Positions 44,808 to 54,388 of a stretch of 64,000 nt of DNA are shown in pieces. A program made the position numbers and the translations under genes. Within the stretch, counting starts at the first letter, position 1. Each line of letters opens with the position of its first letter. The notes under the pieces were generated by a model. It had not been told where the DNA came from and searched no databases. It saw only the letters and a program-made list of their open reading frames with translations. The stretch is from positions 62,001-126,000 of the IMG/VR virus record IMGVR_UViG_3300036846_000743; one strand, written 5' to 3'.

Positions 44808-46307
44808 TCATGCTACATAGTTCTGGCGTATAAGCAAGTTCATGATTGTCGTTTCGGACTGATCTGCGGTCGCAGGGATTGCTGACGCCAGAGCCAGTTT
44901 GTAAAGAGCATACTGCCGGGCAAGCCGCTCGGCACCGCCCATGTCAGCCGCTTGTTTGCGCATTCCCTCGCCATGGCTGCGATGCCGGGGGGAGGGCAAA
45001 CCACGGATCACGTGCAGGGAAACGCGATCCTGAAGATGCTTCGGTTGCAGTCCGGATGACATGGCGAGCTTGGTTGCCCAGCGCTGCATGCTCATCGGCG
45101 GCTCAGCCCCATGGCTATTGATCGCGTAGATGCTGTCCCGGACCTGGACATCCAGAGCCGGACTTCGTGTAAGTCTACCGTAGATGCCCGGCAACTGCGC
45201 TGCCACTTCTTCGTAGGCATCACTGGCTTGCTTCTCGTCCCCGGACACCAGAACCAGAAAGTCACGAAGTGGAAGGGCTACTTTTTCTTGCGATAGTGCT
45301 CCGAGCATGTGTTCGAGCCGGTTGCGGGTATGCAGCTCGCTTGGGAATTCACGGACTGGATCCTGGACCATGAGATCGAAGGCCCTGTCCGTATTGCGCG
45401 GGCCTTCCGCCTCCACCTGCCGCTCAATCTCGGCCAGCCGGTGGGCTACCTTGACGTGCTGGGCAACCCAGCCTGGCATGAATGGATCAACCATCAATTC
45501 CGTTGGCATCGTCAGGCCGATCTCCTCGGCCAGTGCCGCACCACCCAGGCCAATCACGCGACCACCGGCGGCTGCCGCTTTCTCCAGGCGACCCAGGCTC
45601 CAGGCGATCCGGTCGGCTGGCTTGTGAACATGCGAGTCATCGAACCAGACCGGGCTGGGGTTTCTGGCGTGGAGGGTGTGTCCATCGTCGAAGGTACGGC
45701 CGATGTTGTCCTTCAGGCCACCGTACTTGCACATCGTATTGTCGCAGTACTCCTGCCGGGTACGAGCCTTGTTGCCACAACCCGAGCAAATATCGTGGGC
45801 AACCTTGCAGGCCATACTCGTGGGGATGTCATCCCCGCGCTCAAGCAGCTCCAGCTCCTTGTCGGCGACGAGCCCACCATTGGCCTTGGCGGTCTTCTCA
45901 CTACCGTTCAAGCCGGCCAGTAACTCGATCCGCTTCATGGGCTCGTTGAAGGCCGTGTCCAGGAACCGGCCGTAGCTCTTGTCGGGGTCTTTGTTGGCAT
46001 GGTTCCGGTAGAACCGGCCATACTTCTGGAAGGTTCCGTGATGTTGCCGGCATTCACTACGATCGAAGCCGTCGCCATTCCGGTTCGGACCATAGTCTTC
46101 GGTGGCACCCAGTCCGATGATGTGCACCGGGACTTCGTCCTGGGCCAGCTTGATGCGCCGCAGCTTCTCGACGAACTCCACTCCGGCGCGCTTCTCGAGC
46201 ACGGAGCGATCATTGGGCCCCAAGCGACCGTCGCGGCGGAGCCGGACCAGCGCCACGGTCGGTTCGCCGAAGTCATAAGCATGGATACCAGAGCACTTGA
46301 GCATCAT
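44808..46307 (-). CDS. Prohead (capsid maturation) protease-like protein (499 aa)
   Basis: NRNGDGFD...HGTF...YRNHANKDPDKSYG...TSMACKVAHDICSGCGNKA...EYC...DDSHVHKPADRIAWSL resembles herpes/HK97-type phage head proteases; position upstream of scaffold and MCP. Confidence 0.7.
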   Translation of the reverse strand: MMLKCSGIHAYDFGEPTVALVRLRRDGRLGPNDRSVLEKRAGVEFVEKLRRIKLAQDEVPVHIIGLGATEDYGPNRNGDGFDRSECRQHHGTFQKYGRFYRNHANKDPDKSYGRFLDTAFNEPMKRIELLAGLNGSEKTAKANGGLVADKELELLERGDDIPTSMACKVAHDICSGCGNKARTRQEYCDNTMCKYGGLKDNIGRTFDDGHTLHARNPSPVWFDDSHVHKPADRIAWSLGRLEKAAAAGGRVIGLGGAALAEEIGLTMPTELMVDPFMPGWVAQHVKVAHRLAEIERQVEAEGPRNTDRAFDLMVQDPVREFPSELHTRNRLEHMLGALSQEKVALPLRDFLVLVSGDEKQASDAYEEVAAQLPGIYGRLTRSPALDVQVRDSIYAINSHGAEPPMSMQRWATKLAMSSGLQPKHLQDRVSLHVIRGLPSPRHRSHGEGMRKQAADMGGAERLARQYALYKLALASAIPATADQSETTIMNLLIRQNYVA

Positions 46308-46308
46308 A

Positions 46309-47412
46309 TCAGTAGCTGGGTTCGGTGGCCTTCATGTACGCGGGCAAGAGGAAAGGCGAAACGCGCAGGGCCAATCCGCCCCATCGCTTCGTGCGGCTCA
46401 GGGGGTTCGCGGTCATGTCCCGCATGCCGCGAGCGATCGTATCCCTGACGTGCGATCCTTCGATGTAATTCTTGTAGTCCGCCAAGCCGCGCGGCGGCAC
46501 ATTCCCCGGTTGGCCTGTCGGCGTGTTCTTGCGCAACTTGCCGACTATGCGGCCAATCCTGGACTCCTGGAATCCCCTGAATGGATTGGGAGCATCCCAG
46601 GTTCTCCTGGACATCTCATCGTGGAGCAACCTGGTGGCTTCCTCCGGTGTATATCCCGGCGTAGTGCGGGCAGGATCGACGGGTTTCAGATCCGCAGCAC
46701 CCCTGCGGAATGCTTCCGCGAGCCTGGCGTTATGCTGTCTCCGCCAGATCTCGCCGGAGAGGCCGGTAGCTCCCACCATCGCTGTGCCGACCGTCCACGG
46801 TCGATCACTGGCCCCAGTGACCGTGTTGACTCCTTGGCCTACGGCAGAGGCGCCCTCACGGGCTGCCTGTCCGATGTCCTGGCCCCAGCCACCCTTGTCC
46901 TTGGCCGTCTGAGGAACAGCAGCCGCACCAGCCGCACCAGTCGGTGCTATCTTCGTGGGATCAACCGTGATATCCGATCCCGTTGCCCTTGCATAGAGCT
47001 TCTGCGCGCCCGATGCCTCATTCCAGGCTTTATCCGCCGCAGCTTGCTGATCAGCGACTCGCTGCGCCTGTGTAGCCGACGGTCTGGAACTCAGCTGGTT
47101 CCAGGCCCTCCATGCCTCGGGAACGGCACCACCCGCAACACCGCCCAGAACGGCACCGGTCAGCGCCGACGTCAGCGGGTTCTTCTTCCGCTTGGAGAAC
47201 AGGCCAACCCCCAGGCCACCGAATCCGCCAATACCGGCACCAATGGCGGCATGGGTGAGAACTCGTTGCAGGTTAGGATCCAGCGCAGGCATACCCTGGG
47301 CCGTCTTGATGAATCCACCCACGGCGCGGCTGGCGACAGCCGTGCGCGCCAGGAACTGGGCAGCCTCGGCCGGATCCCTACTTAGCCAGTACACTGGTTG
47401 ATGCTGATCCAC
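46309..47412 (-). CDS. Glycine-zipper hydrophobic protein (367 aa), possible ejection protein
   Basis: AAIGAGIGGFGGLGVGLF and ALTGAVLGGVAGGAV segments; start uncertain. Confidence 0.6.
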   Translation of the reverse strand: MDQHQPVYWLSRDPAEAAQFLARTAVASRAVGGFIKTAQGMPALDPNLQRVLTHAAIGAGIGGFGGLGVGLFSKRKKNPLTSALTGAVLGGVAGGAVPEAWRAWNQLSSRPSATQAQRVADQQAAADKAWNEASGAQKLYARATGSDITVDPTKIAPTGAAGAAAVPQTAKDKGGWGQDIGQAAREGASAVGQGVNTVTGASDRPWTVGTAMVGATGLSGEIWRRQHNARLAEAFRRGAADLKPVDPARTTPGYTPEEATRLLHDEMSRRTWDAPNPFRGFQESRIGRIVGKLRKNTPTGQPGNVPPRGLADYKNYIEGSHVRDTIARGMRDMTANPLSRTKRWGGLALRVSPFLLPAYMKATEPSY

Positions 47413-48772
47413 CCTTGCCCCCAGGTGATTGCGTCGCGGTTGGTGGCAGAGGAATGCCGCCGACTTCCCTCAGTCCTTGCTCGGTCTTGACGACGTCACC
47501 TACGTCGAATGGATCGATGGCGCCCTGCTGGAGCCGCTTCCGCAAGAGGCCGCTCATGAGCAAGGGCTGCTGGCTGGCCCGCGGGGCCAGCTGGCTGACG
47601 TCGTTGAATGCATTGAGTACTTCGTCCCGGTGAAAACCTTTGAGGACCGGGTCGTGAGACAGCATCTCCTCAAGCATCGCCCGGGTCTTGATGTCTCGCA
47701 GCGCCTGCTCGTGCTCCGGAGTGGCGATCTGATTGAGCTTGCTCTGGACGAGCTTCTCCTTCTCGGTCGGCACCAGGCTCATGAGCATCGGCGTGGTGAT
47801 GTTGCTGGCCATGAGTGCGTTGAAGTTGGGCCAGAACCCCGTGTCGGCTGCTGCCTTAGTCCCAGGTAAGGGCAGCGGATCTAGGATGGAGCCGCGCGGG
47901 GCCACGACAAAAGGGCGCTCAATCTCCGCAAGAACGGCACCTCGATCGGCCGCTCGCTTTTCATTGTCAGTGACGACCTGGCGGAGCCGGCCCGCCAGGT
48001 CGACCAGTCGCGAGAAGGTGTGATAAGGCTCGCCCATCGCCGAATGGAACCGGCCGGTACCTGCCTGCTTCATCAGGTTAGGGCGAGTGCGACGAAGCTG
48101 GTTGTAGACCGCCACGCCCTCTCTGCCGAAGAGGGTCTCGACGTTCTCGCGAACGTCGTATATCGACAGGTTGCCAGGTGTGGCGAAGTAGTCGGCTAAC
48201 TTGGCGAAGCCATCCATGATCTGGTGCTGAACCCGCACCGTCTCCATACGATCCGCCTCTTCGGCCTGAGCGGCCTTCTGGCGGGCAATTACGACGCGTT
48301 CGCCAGCCTGCTCGTCGCGGACCGTCGGGTAGGCCGGGACCGGCTTGTCGGCCAGTCGCCAGTCGGTCGCTGCCGCCGCTTTCTCCATCTGGGCCTCCTG
48401 TGAGGCCCGGACGTACCACGACGGCGACAGCGAATAGGCGACATGGACTCCGGACTCGCGCTCGACCGCGGCGGCTGACTTGACCTGGGATGGGTACAGC
48501 CGCTCGAGGATCGCCGGCGCGTCGGCGATCGGGAAGTCCGCTGCCTTGTCCAGCAGCGAAGAGTGCGACTCCCGGTGCCGGGTGGTCCGGCCCGTGTTGT
48601 AAGCAGCGACCATGAGGCCGATGTGGCCAGGCGGGATTGCACGCTGGGATGCCACCTTGACGATGGCATCGTCGGGATCGGTGCCCCTGTTGACCAGATC
48701 AACGATGTTGTCGAGGGCTTCGCGTAGTCGCGATTCGCCCTCCTTGGTCATCCTCGGCATCATCCTGGGCAT
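47378..48772 (-). CDS. Hypothetical protein (464 aa), K-x-A motifs
   Basis: Long ORF with good RBS; VKVAS, DKAAD, VKSAA, EKAAA, MKQAG, EKRAA, TKAAA. Confidence 0.7.
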   Translation of the reverse strand: MPRMMPRMTKEGESRLREALDNIVDLVNRGTDPDDAIVKVASQRAIPPGHIGLMVAAYNTGRTTRHRESHSSLLDKAADFPIADAPAILERLYPSQVKSAAAVERESGVHVAYSLSPSWYVRASQEAQMEKAAAATDWRLADKPVPAYPTVRDEQAGERVVIARQKAAQAEEADRMETVRVQHQIMDGFAKLADYFATPGNLSIYDVRENVETLFGREGVAVYNQLRRTRPNLMKQAGTGRFHSAMGEPYHTFSRLVDLAGRLRQVVTDNEKRAADRGAVLAEIERPFVVAPRGSILDPLPLPGTKAAADTGFWPNFNALMASNITTPMLMSLVPTEKEKLVQSKLNQIATPEHEQALRDIKTRAMLEEMLSHDPVLKGFHRDEVLNAFNDVSQLAPRASQQPLLMSGLLRKRLQQGAIDPFDVGDVVKTEQGLREVGGIPLPPTATQSPGGKGGSASTSVLAK

Positions 48773-49740
48773 CAGTCTTGACCCTCCGTGGCCTGATCGC
48801 CATTGCGGCTGGGAAATGCCAGCAGCTGTAACATTCCTGCGGCGGGAACCTCCTGCCCAGCTGACGCGGCCATGACCTCTTCATACCGAAGGTCGGCCGC
48901 CAGATCATCGTACCGGTCCATCGGCGCGGAGTCCACATGGATGGCCTGATGGCCTACCGCGAACGGGAGCGAGATCAGCATCGCATGCACGTTCTGCTTC
49001 ATGGCCTCGGCGGCAATTCCGGCGCCTGAGCCGCCGGTGCGCTCCAGCTCGACCAGCTTCAGGAAGTTATTGATCAGCTCGACGGCATTAAAAGAGTTAA
49101 TTCTAAGAGTTTTCAAGGCAACCATGGCGACCCGGCGCAGATCGTTCTGGGCAATGTCAGCTACGAAGTACTTCAGATCGCCGGCGCGATCGGGGCGTGC
49201 GTGTCCCACGGACTGGTCGATCATGAGGTCGACCGCCAGGGGCCCGCCGAGCAATCCGAAAAGTTTCCACAGAAGGTCATACTCGCTGGCCTGGAAGCCC
49301 AGATGAACTGCCGGCCCCAGGACGCAGTGCATCAGGTAGCCCCTGTTATAGAGCCGCTCGCGAACGTTGAAGAACAATCTCTCGAAAGCCTCGATGACCT
49401 CGACGCTGGTGGCTATCCGTCTCGCGATGTTCTCGACGGCGTCATCAGCTAGTAGACGTGCTTCCACCTCAGATCGCATCGGGTTGCCCACATCTTCTTT
49501 CTGGGTGTGCCAGATATCGTGAGCCCAGAAAATGACCGGATGGTTCTCTTCCAGCTGGGCCATGTCCATTTCGGTCTGACAGTTTGCCTGGTCACGGAGA
49601 AACCTGGCAGCGCGGCCGACCCAGACATCGCCGTCGCGGCGCCGTGATAATGGGTATTTGTTCTCTGCGGCCAGCGAAGCTCGCTGCCATCGCCAGTCCA
49701 CCGGTCTGCGGGGGTTTCGCGGGGAGTAAGTCTGGAGCAT
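48772..49740 (-). CDS. Hypothetical protein (about 322 aa)
   Basis: Start re-placed to MLQTYSPRN to avoid overlap with the upstream gene; TGATG coupling downstream. Confidence 0.7.
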   Translation of the reverse strand: MLQTYSPRNPRRPVDWRWQRASLAAENKYPLSRRRDGDVWVGRAARFLRDQANCQTEMDMAQLEENHPVIFWAHDIWHTQKEDVGNPMRSEVEARLLADDAVENIARRIATSVEVIEAFERLFFNVRERLYNRGYLMHCVLGPAVHLGFQASEYDLLWKLFGLLGGPLAVDLMIDQSVGHARPDRAGDLKYFVADIAQNDLRRVAMVALKTLRINSFNAVELINNFLKLVELERTGGSGAGIAAEAMKQNVHAMLISLPFAVGHQAIHVDSAPMDRYDDLAADLRYEEVMAASAGQEVPAAGMLQLLAFPSRNGDQATEGQD

Positions 49741-49756
49741 AGCGTTACGCTGCGTA

Positions 49757-50200
49757 TTAGTCGCCTTTGGTCTTGATCGTGATGAAGATCCCGAAGGTCC
49801 CGGTACCGCCTGCAACGAACTTCAGGTATAGCTTCCCTTGCGCGGTAGTAGGACTAGCGCCATCGGCATTGATGTACGGCGTAGGAAAAGACCAGCCGCC
49901 GTCCGAGCCGTCGGCCAGCAGGTACCGGTCGGCGGCCGTGGCTACCGACCGGACGGGGCCTATCTGGCCCGCATACTCGACCATGGGGTCGACCGTCGCG
50001 TCGCCACTGGTAGTAGCCTGGCCCGGCGGACAGCTCGCGGCCGCGTTGTACATCGCGAACGAGAAGGTGCTCTTGCTGCCGCCGGTCTGGATGCACTGCA
50101 TCTGGATGATCTCGCCCCGCGGCGGCGCATTGAGCGCCATGCGATAGGTCTGACCAGCAGTGACGTTGACATTAGGTGCAGCGATGCGAGTGACGCCCAT
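49757..50200 (-). CDS. Hypothetical beta-rich protein (147 aa)
   Basis: GGAGGA upstream; co-oriented. Confidence 0.65.
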   Translation of the reverse strand: MGVTRIAAPNVNVTAGQTYRMALNAPPRGEIIQMQCIQTGGSKSTFSFAMYNAAASCPPGQATTSGDATVDPMVEYAGQIGPVRSVATAADRYLLADGSDGGWSFPTPYINADGASPTTAQGKLYLKFVAGGTGTFGIFITIKTKGD

Positions 50201-50215
50201 GGACCATCCTCCCTG

Positions 50216-52807
50216 CTAGTCGTTGGTATCGCTCTTGAAGTCGGTCCGCTGCATGGCCGCCTCGGGATCAGCCTCGACCGTCTTCTGCTTCAGATCCAGT
50301 ACCAGGTCACCCATGTCCTCGAACGAGTTTCTGAGCATGTCCTCCAGCTCGGGCACGTGGCTCTTGCCGTACCGTTCTTCGAATGCCTCACGGTGCCAGT
50401 AGAGCTGGAACAAGATCCGGCCGATCCGGTCCATGCCCTTCATGAGATCGCCCAGGTAACGATCCGTGAGCTGGTCGTCCCGGGTGGTCTTCAGGAGGCT
50501 CCCCAGCATGGACGTATCGAAGATCTCGCGCTGGCCAGTGGCGGCTGCTTCAGTTGCGGCCTGGGCCGCGCCGGGGTCCGGGCTGGCGGAATTGTTATTA
50601 CGCCATGGCGGATCGGGGTCCAGGTTCGTGTTGGGCCGCTGTAGCTCCCGATTGGCCGGGTCGGGAAACATGCCATCGACCGGGATGGACTCCGACTGCG
50701 GGTCCTGCGACGGGTAGTCGGGGTTCATGAAGTTGCCCGAGCTGTAAGTAGGGTCCGGAATGGCCGGCGCGGTCGGTCCCTCGTCGGTCATGTATGGCCC
50801 CCTGGCCTGCTTGACCCAGGGGGCATACTCGACCCGGAATTCCAGCGCAGGTCCGGGCTTCTTGAAGCGGTTCTCCTCGGCCATCTTGAGCATGTTCCGG
50901 GCGACGCCTTCGGTGAAGCCGTGATCACGCACCAGATGCACGATCGCCTGCTTCTCGGTCATGGATCGCCTGCCGTTGACCGCAGCCCGGCTGCCGTCGA
51001 AAGCAATTGCGATGCGATGATGCGGGATCGTCGAGCCGACCTTGTCGCGCCACATGCCCATCTCGATGCTCATGACGTGGGCCGTGCTGACCGGCGGCGT
51101 CTTGCTCTCACCCTTGCCGCCGGTCAGGCTCTTGATCGGCCGGGTGACCTTGGTCAGGTCCTCCTCGGGCACGTCCCACTGATCATCGTCATAGTCGGCT
51201 TTCTCGACCGTGAAGAGCTTGGAGCCCTTGGGCATGAACAGATCACCCATGCGGCTTCGTACTTCAGAACCAGTCGGAGCGCCGAGATGAATTCGTTCGC
51301 CGTCGTTCCAGCGATCGTAGAAGTCAACGGGATCAGAAAGCCTTGACTTGTAGTACGACCACAGCGTGATGCCTCTATGCGATGCTGGCCGTGGTCGGGC
51401 CGCGAACATATCGAACCGGACGTTCAACATCTTGTAGCCTTCGTTGCTGCCAACGCTCCCCTCGACGATGAATGGCAGCGTACCGTCGGGCCGGCCCGGC
51501 CCGACGACGATGTACTGGCCGTCGCTGTCACCAGTCAGTGTGTCAGCATCCGGCAGGCTCTCAACCCAGTTCTTCCAGTCTTCGTCGGAGTACTGCTTCG
51601 CCGCCCAGAGATAGGACGCGTGGACATTGATCCAGCCCTTGGGCTCACCTTCGACTCGTGCCACTGTAGCGAAGACCTTGCGGCCGTCAGGCCCATGCGG
51701 CCCGATGATCACCAGCATCTTCTCGAGCACGTCAGGCTTGACCAGGATGTCGTAGAGCCCGGTCGTGTCAGGGTTGACCATGGCCTGCCGCATCTGGACC
51801 TTGTAGGCGACGGACTTGTCCGCGACCTCGCGCTGGTCCTTGATCAGCATGCCGTTTTCAAGCAGGTTCTCGGTATCGGGCACGGTCAAGGTCTTGGGGA
51901 GCTTCGAGAGCGCGTTCGGGTTGTAAGTGTAGACCTGGAGTGATCCCTTCTTGATCGGATGCTCTGGACCAACATCGCCCAGCACGGAATCACCGCGTGC
52001 CCATCCCGGCAGCGGACGGTACGGCGGTACGTCGAGCCCGGACAGGACCGACACCGCTGCGGCAGTTTTCTCACGCTTGAGATCAGCCAGCAAGTCCTGG
52101 ATCAGCTTCAGGTCGTAAAACTGATCGAGACCGCGGGCGATCCCCGGATATGTCTGAGCGTACTTGAGCAGTGCGCGAACAGTCTTGATACCGCCTTCCT
52201 TGAGCAGCGTGGGCAGGGTGCGCACGTCCTTGTAGCGGGGATCGGTGTAAGGGTTCGTGGTCGCGGCGTAGGCCAGGGCCGGCAATCCCTGCTGGAGCCA
52301 GCCGGGCATGGCCGAGGCGAACTTGCTTGGCGAGTGCACGATGCGGCTTAACGTGGGCGCCCGCACGCCGATACGCCGTAGGTCCTTGTGCACGCCTTCG
52401 CCCAGGGAGAGCGGCTTCTTCTTGAGCAGATAGTTGATCCAGTTCTCTTTCAAGGGCACGAACTGGTCATCGTTCTTAATGTAGAGTAGCTCGTTCCCTT
52501 TCAGGTCTCCGTCGATGAAGAAGACGGGGGCATACAGGATCTGGGAACCAACCTTGAAGCCACGCACGCCGACGGCCTTTGAATTGTCTTCATTGCGGTC
52601 GAGCAGCTGGAAGCCGACTTCGTAGTCGAGCAGCCCGGGCGCTTTGTCCTTGAGATAAGCATGAGCCAGATTCGCAAGCGCTTGTTCATACGGTTGGTCT
52701 TGACCATCGCCACCAAGCTCCGCGTGTTTGACAATGTGACTCTGAACTGCTGCTCGCCAGCGGGCTACTTCACTCCGTCCCCGTTGGCGATCAATGATCG
52801 TGGGCAT
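50216..52807 (-). CDS. Large hypothetical protein (863 aa), likely virion-internal
   Basis: Long ORF with AAGGAGG RBS; VKHAE, SKFAS, EKTAA, VKQAR motifs. Confidence 0.75.
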   Translation of the reverse strand: MPTIIDRQRGRSEVARWRAAVQSHIVKHAELGGDGQDQPYEQALANLAHAYLKDKAPGLLDYEVGFQLLDRNEDNSKAVGVRGFKVGSQILYAPVFFIDGDLKGNELLYIKNDDQFVPLKENWINYLLKKKPLSLGEGVHKDLRRIGVRAPTLSRIVHSPSKFASAMPGWLQQGLPALAYAATTNPYTDPRYKDVRTLPTLLKEGGIKTVRALLKYAQTYPGIARGLDQFYDLKLIQDLLADLKREKTAAAVSVLSGLDVPPYRPLPGWARGDSVLGDVGPEHPIKKGSLQVYTYNPNALSKLPKTLTVPDTENLLENGMLIKDQREVADKSVAYKVQMRQAMVNPDTTGLYDILVKPDVLEKMLVIIGPHGPDGRKVFATVARVEGEPKGWINVHASYLWAAKQYSDEDWKNWVESLPDADTLTGDSDGQYIVVGPGRPDGTLPFIVEGSVGSNEGYKMLNVRFDMFAARPRPASHRGITLWSYYKSRLSDPVDFYDRWNDGERIHLGAPTGSEVRSRMGDLFMPKGSKLFTVEKADYDDDQWDVPEEDLTKVTRPIKSLTGGKGESKTPPVSTAHVMSIEMGMWRDKVGSTIPHHRIAIAFDGSRAAVNGRRSMTEKQAIVHLVRDHGFTEGVARNMLKMAEENRFKKPGPALEFRVEYAPWVKQARGPYMTDEGPTAPAIPDPTYSSGNFMNPDYPSQDPQSESIPVDGMFPDPANRELQRPNTNLDPDPPWRNNNSASPDPGAAQAATEAAATGQREIFDTSMLGSLLKTTRDDQLTDRYLGDLMKGMDRIGRILFQLYWHREAFEERYGKSHVPELEDMLRNSFEDMGDLVLDLKQKTVEADPEAAMQRTDFKSDTND

Positions 52808-53448
52808 TGAGGAGCCTCCTTGCTCAATTGGTGAGGACAGGTCCCGAGCAAATGGATTGCGATGTTGCAGTTGGAACAGAGAACCCGGTAACCGGGCGGA
52901 CAGCCATTCCTGTGCAGCCAGTGATAAAAGTTCTGCCCGCCGTACTTGCCAAGCGCCTTGCGTTCGGCCCTCCCGCCGCCATCAATATGGTCGATCTCCA
53001 GGAACACTGGCTCCGTCTCGTCGCAGCAAGCGCAACGGTACCCGCCGTACGCCGCAAAGACCTCGTCTCGCATCTTCTGTCGCCGCGCTTTCGCGTTGGC
53101 GAGACAGGCCGAACATTCCGCGGTCGTATTGCTGTGCGGATTGTGACATGTAACACAGAACCCGGAAGCGACCAACGCCGCCTTCTTTGCTCGCCGCTTG
53201 CACTGACAGGAAGAACAATATCTGTCCCTGGCATAGGCATAACGGCGCGAACCATTTTCGTCGCGATCCCTGTGAATGACCACCGCGCCGCCGACGGCTG
53301 GATGCGTCTTGCAGCCGACGCAGATACCGGCGGCAACCAGCCGATCGTACCTCTCCCTCTCGCGTTCGATGCATCCATTACATTGGACCCTGCCGGGAAA
53401 AACTGGCCAGCGCTTGCACCGAATACACACGATCCTACGATGTTTCAT
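52765..53448 (-). CDS. Free-standing HNH endonuclease with multiple CxxC repeats
   Basis: RDEVFAAYGGYRCACCDETEPVFLEIDHIDGGG...YRVLCSNCNIA; overlaps the next gene start by 43 nt; lower GC. Confidence 0.85.
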   Translation of the reverse strand: MKHRRIVCIRCKRWPVFPGRVQCNGCIERERERYDRLVAAGICVGCKTHPAVGGAVVIHRDRDENGSRRYAYARDRYCSSCQCKRRAKKAALVASGFCVTCHNPHSNTTAECSACLANAKARRQKMRDEVFAAYGGYRCACCDETEPVFLEIDHIDGGGRAERKALGKYGGQNFYHWLHRNGCPPGYRVLCSNCNIAIHLLGTCPHQLSKEAPQCPRSLIANGDGVK

Positions 53449-53522
53449 GATGGTGGCCCCTTGCACGGGTCATCGTCACGACTCGGCGCTGGACCCCAAT
53501 CCGGCGCCGAGTCACGTTCACG

Positions 53523-54047
53523 TCACGTGACTCTCCCCTTCAAGATATTTTGCAGGTTCGCGCCACCGCTGCGACCAAAGTCAGCCGCCGCGGCAAACAG
53601 TGGCATCCCGCCCATCCCCAGGGCTGCTTCGGTGAACGGCTTGACCGGCCCGCTGGTGAGCAGATTGGCCATGCCAGTCGGGCTTTTCATGCCACTGAAC
53701 ATTCCACCAAGCATGCCGCCGATCCCGCCGCCAGCCGGCGCAGAAGCAACGGGAGCACCAGGTCTGATTGCCGTTGCCTGGGTCGTGGTAGGAGCGGTTG
53801 CCACCGGAGTGGGCGCAGTCGGAGCGGACGTTGTCGGTGCAACCTTCGGGACAATCGGCCCGATGGAAGCGTTCTGAACCGGCTTGGCGCCGAAGGTGGT
53901 TGCTGACGACGCGCCACCGGTCGTGGGCTTGGCCCCGGCCGATGGCGTCGTCGAGAGCGATGAAGACGACGAGATTGTCGCCGGATTCACCGCAGCCAAC
54001 TTCAGGTGTAGAAGAGCGGCTTGCCGCCCTAACTCACGCGCGTTCAT
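53523..54047 (-). CDS. Hypothetical Thr/Pro-linker, Gly-rich hydrophobic protein (174 aa)
   Basis: GGAGG RBS; HLKLAA motif then a T/A/P linker and GGGIGGMLGGMFSGM. Confidence 0.65.
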   Translation of the reverse strand: MNARELGRQAALLHLKLAAVNPATISSSSSLSTTPSAGAKPTTGGASSATTFGAKPVQNASIGPIVPKVAPTTSAPTAPTPVATAPTTTQATAIRPGAPVASAPAGGGIGGMLGGMFSGMKSPTGMANLLTSGPVKPFTEAALGMGGMPLFAAAADFGRSGGANLQNILKGRVT

Positions 54048-54071
54048 CCGGATCCTCCGCTACACGATGCT

Positions 54072-54341
54072 TCAATCTTCAGGATCGACTGACTCGGTTG
54101 TTTCAAAGTCTTCATCGTCAGCATCTTTGCCAGGCGAGTGTGCTGGTGCCGGTTTCCCTGGCTGTCGCCCTGGTTGTCCTGGTTGGCCTGGCTGTCGCCC
54201 TGGTTGCCCTGGTTGGCCTGGCTGTTGCCCCGGTTGCCCTGGTTGCTGCCCAGGCTGTGTTGGCTGCTTTCCAGGCTGCTGCGCTGGATGTTCGCCCGGA
54301 TCATCTTCTTCACGGTGCGGTTTACCTGCTGCACTCATCAT
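54072..54341 (-). CDS. Small (QPG)n repeat protein (89 aa)
   Basis: GGAGG upstream of ATGATG; QPG repeats with acidic ends. Confidence 0.55.
   Translation of the reverse strand: MMSAAGKPHREEDDPGEHPAQQPGKQPTQPGQQPGQPGQQPGQPGQPGRQPGQPGQPGRQPGKPAPAHSPGKDADDEDFETTESVDPED
54156..54287 (-). repeat. 9/12-nt tandem repeat encoding QPG/QQPG
   Basis: cctggttgc/cctggctg units seen directly. Confidence 0.85.
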
Positions 54342-54388
54342 CAGGAGTTTCCTCCAGTAAAGCCAACGGCTTTCGCCACATCATAACA

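Noticed and set aside
54044-54334. Alternative-frame ORF (NQG repeats) over the QPG gene
   Set aside because: It is open only because the repeat lacks stops; the SD supports the 54341 start. Not fully excluded given the ATGA overlap at 54044.
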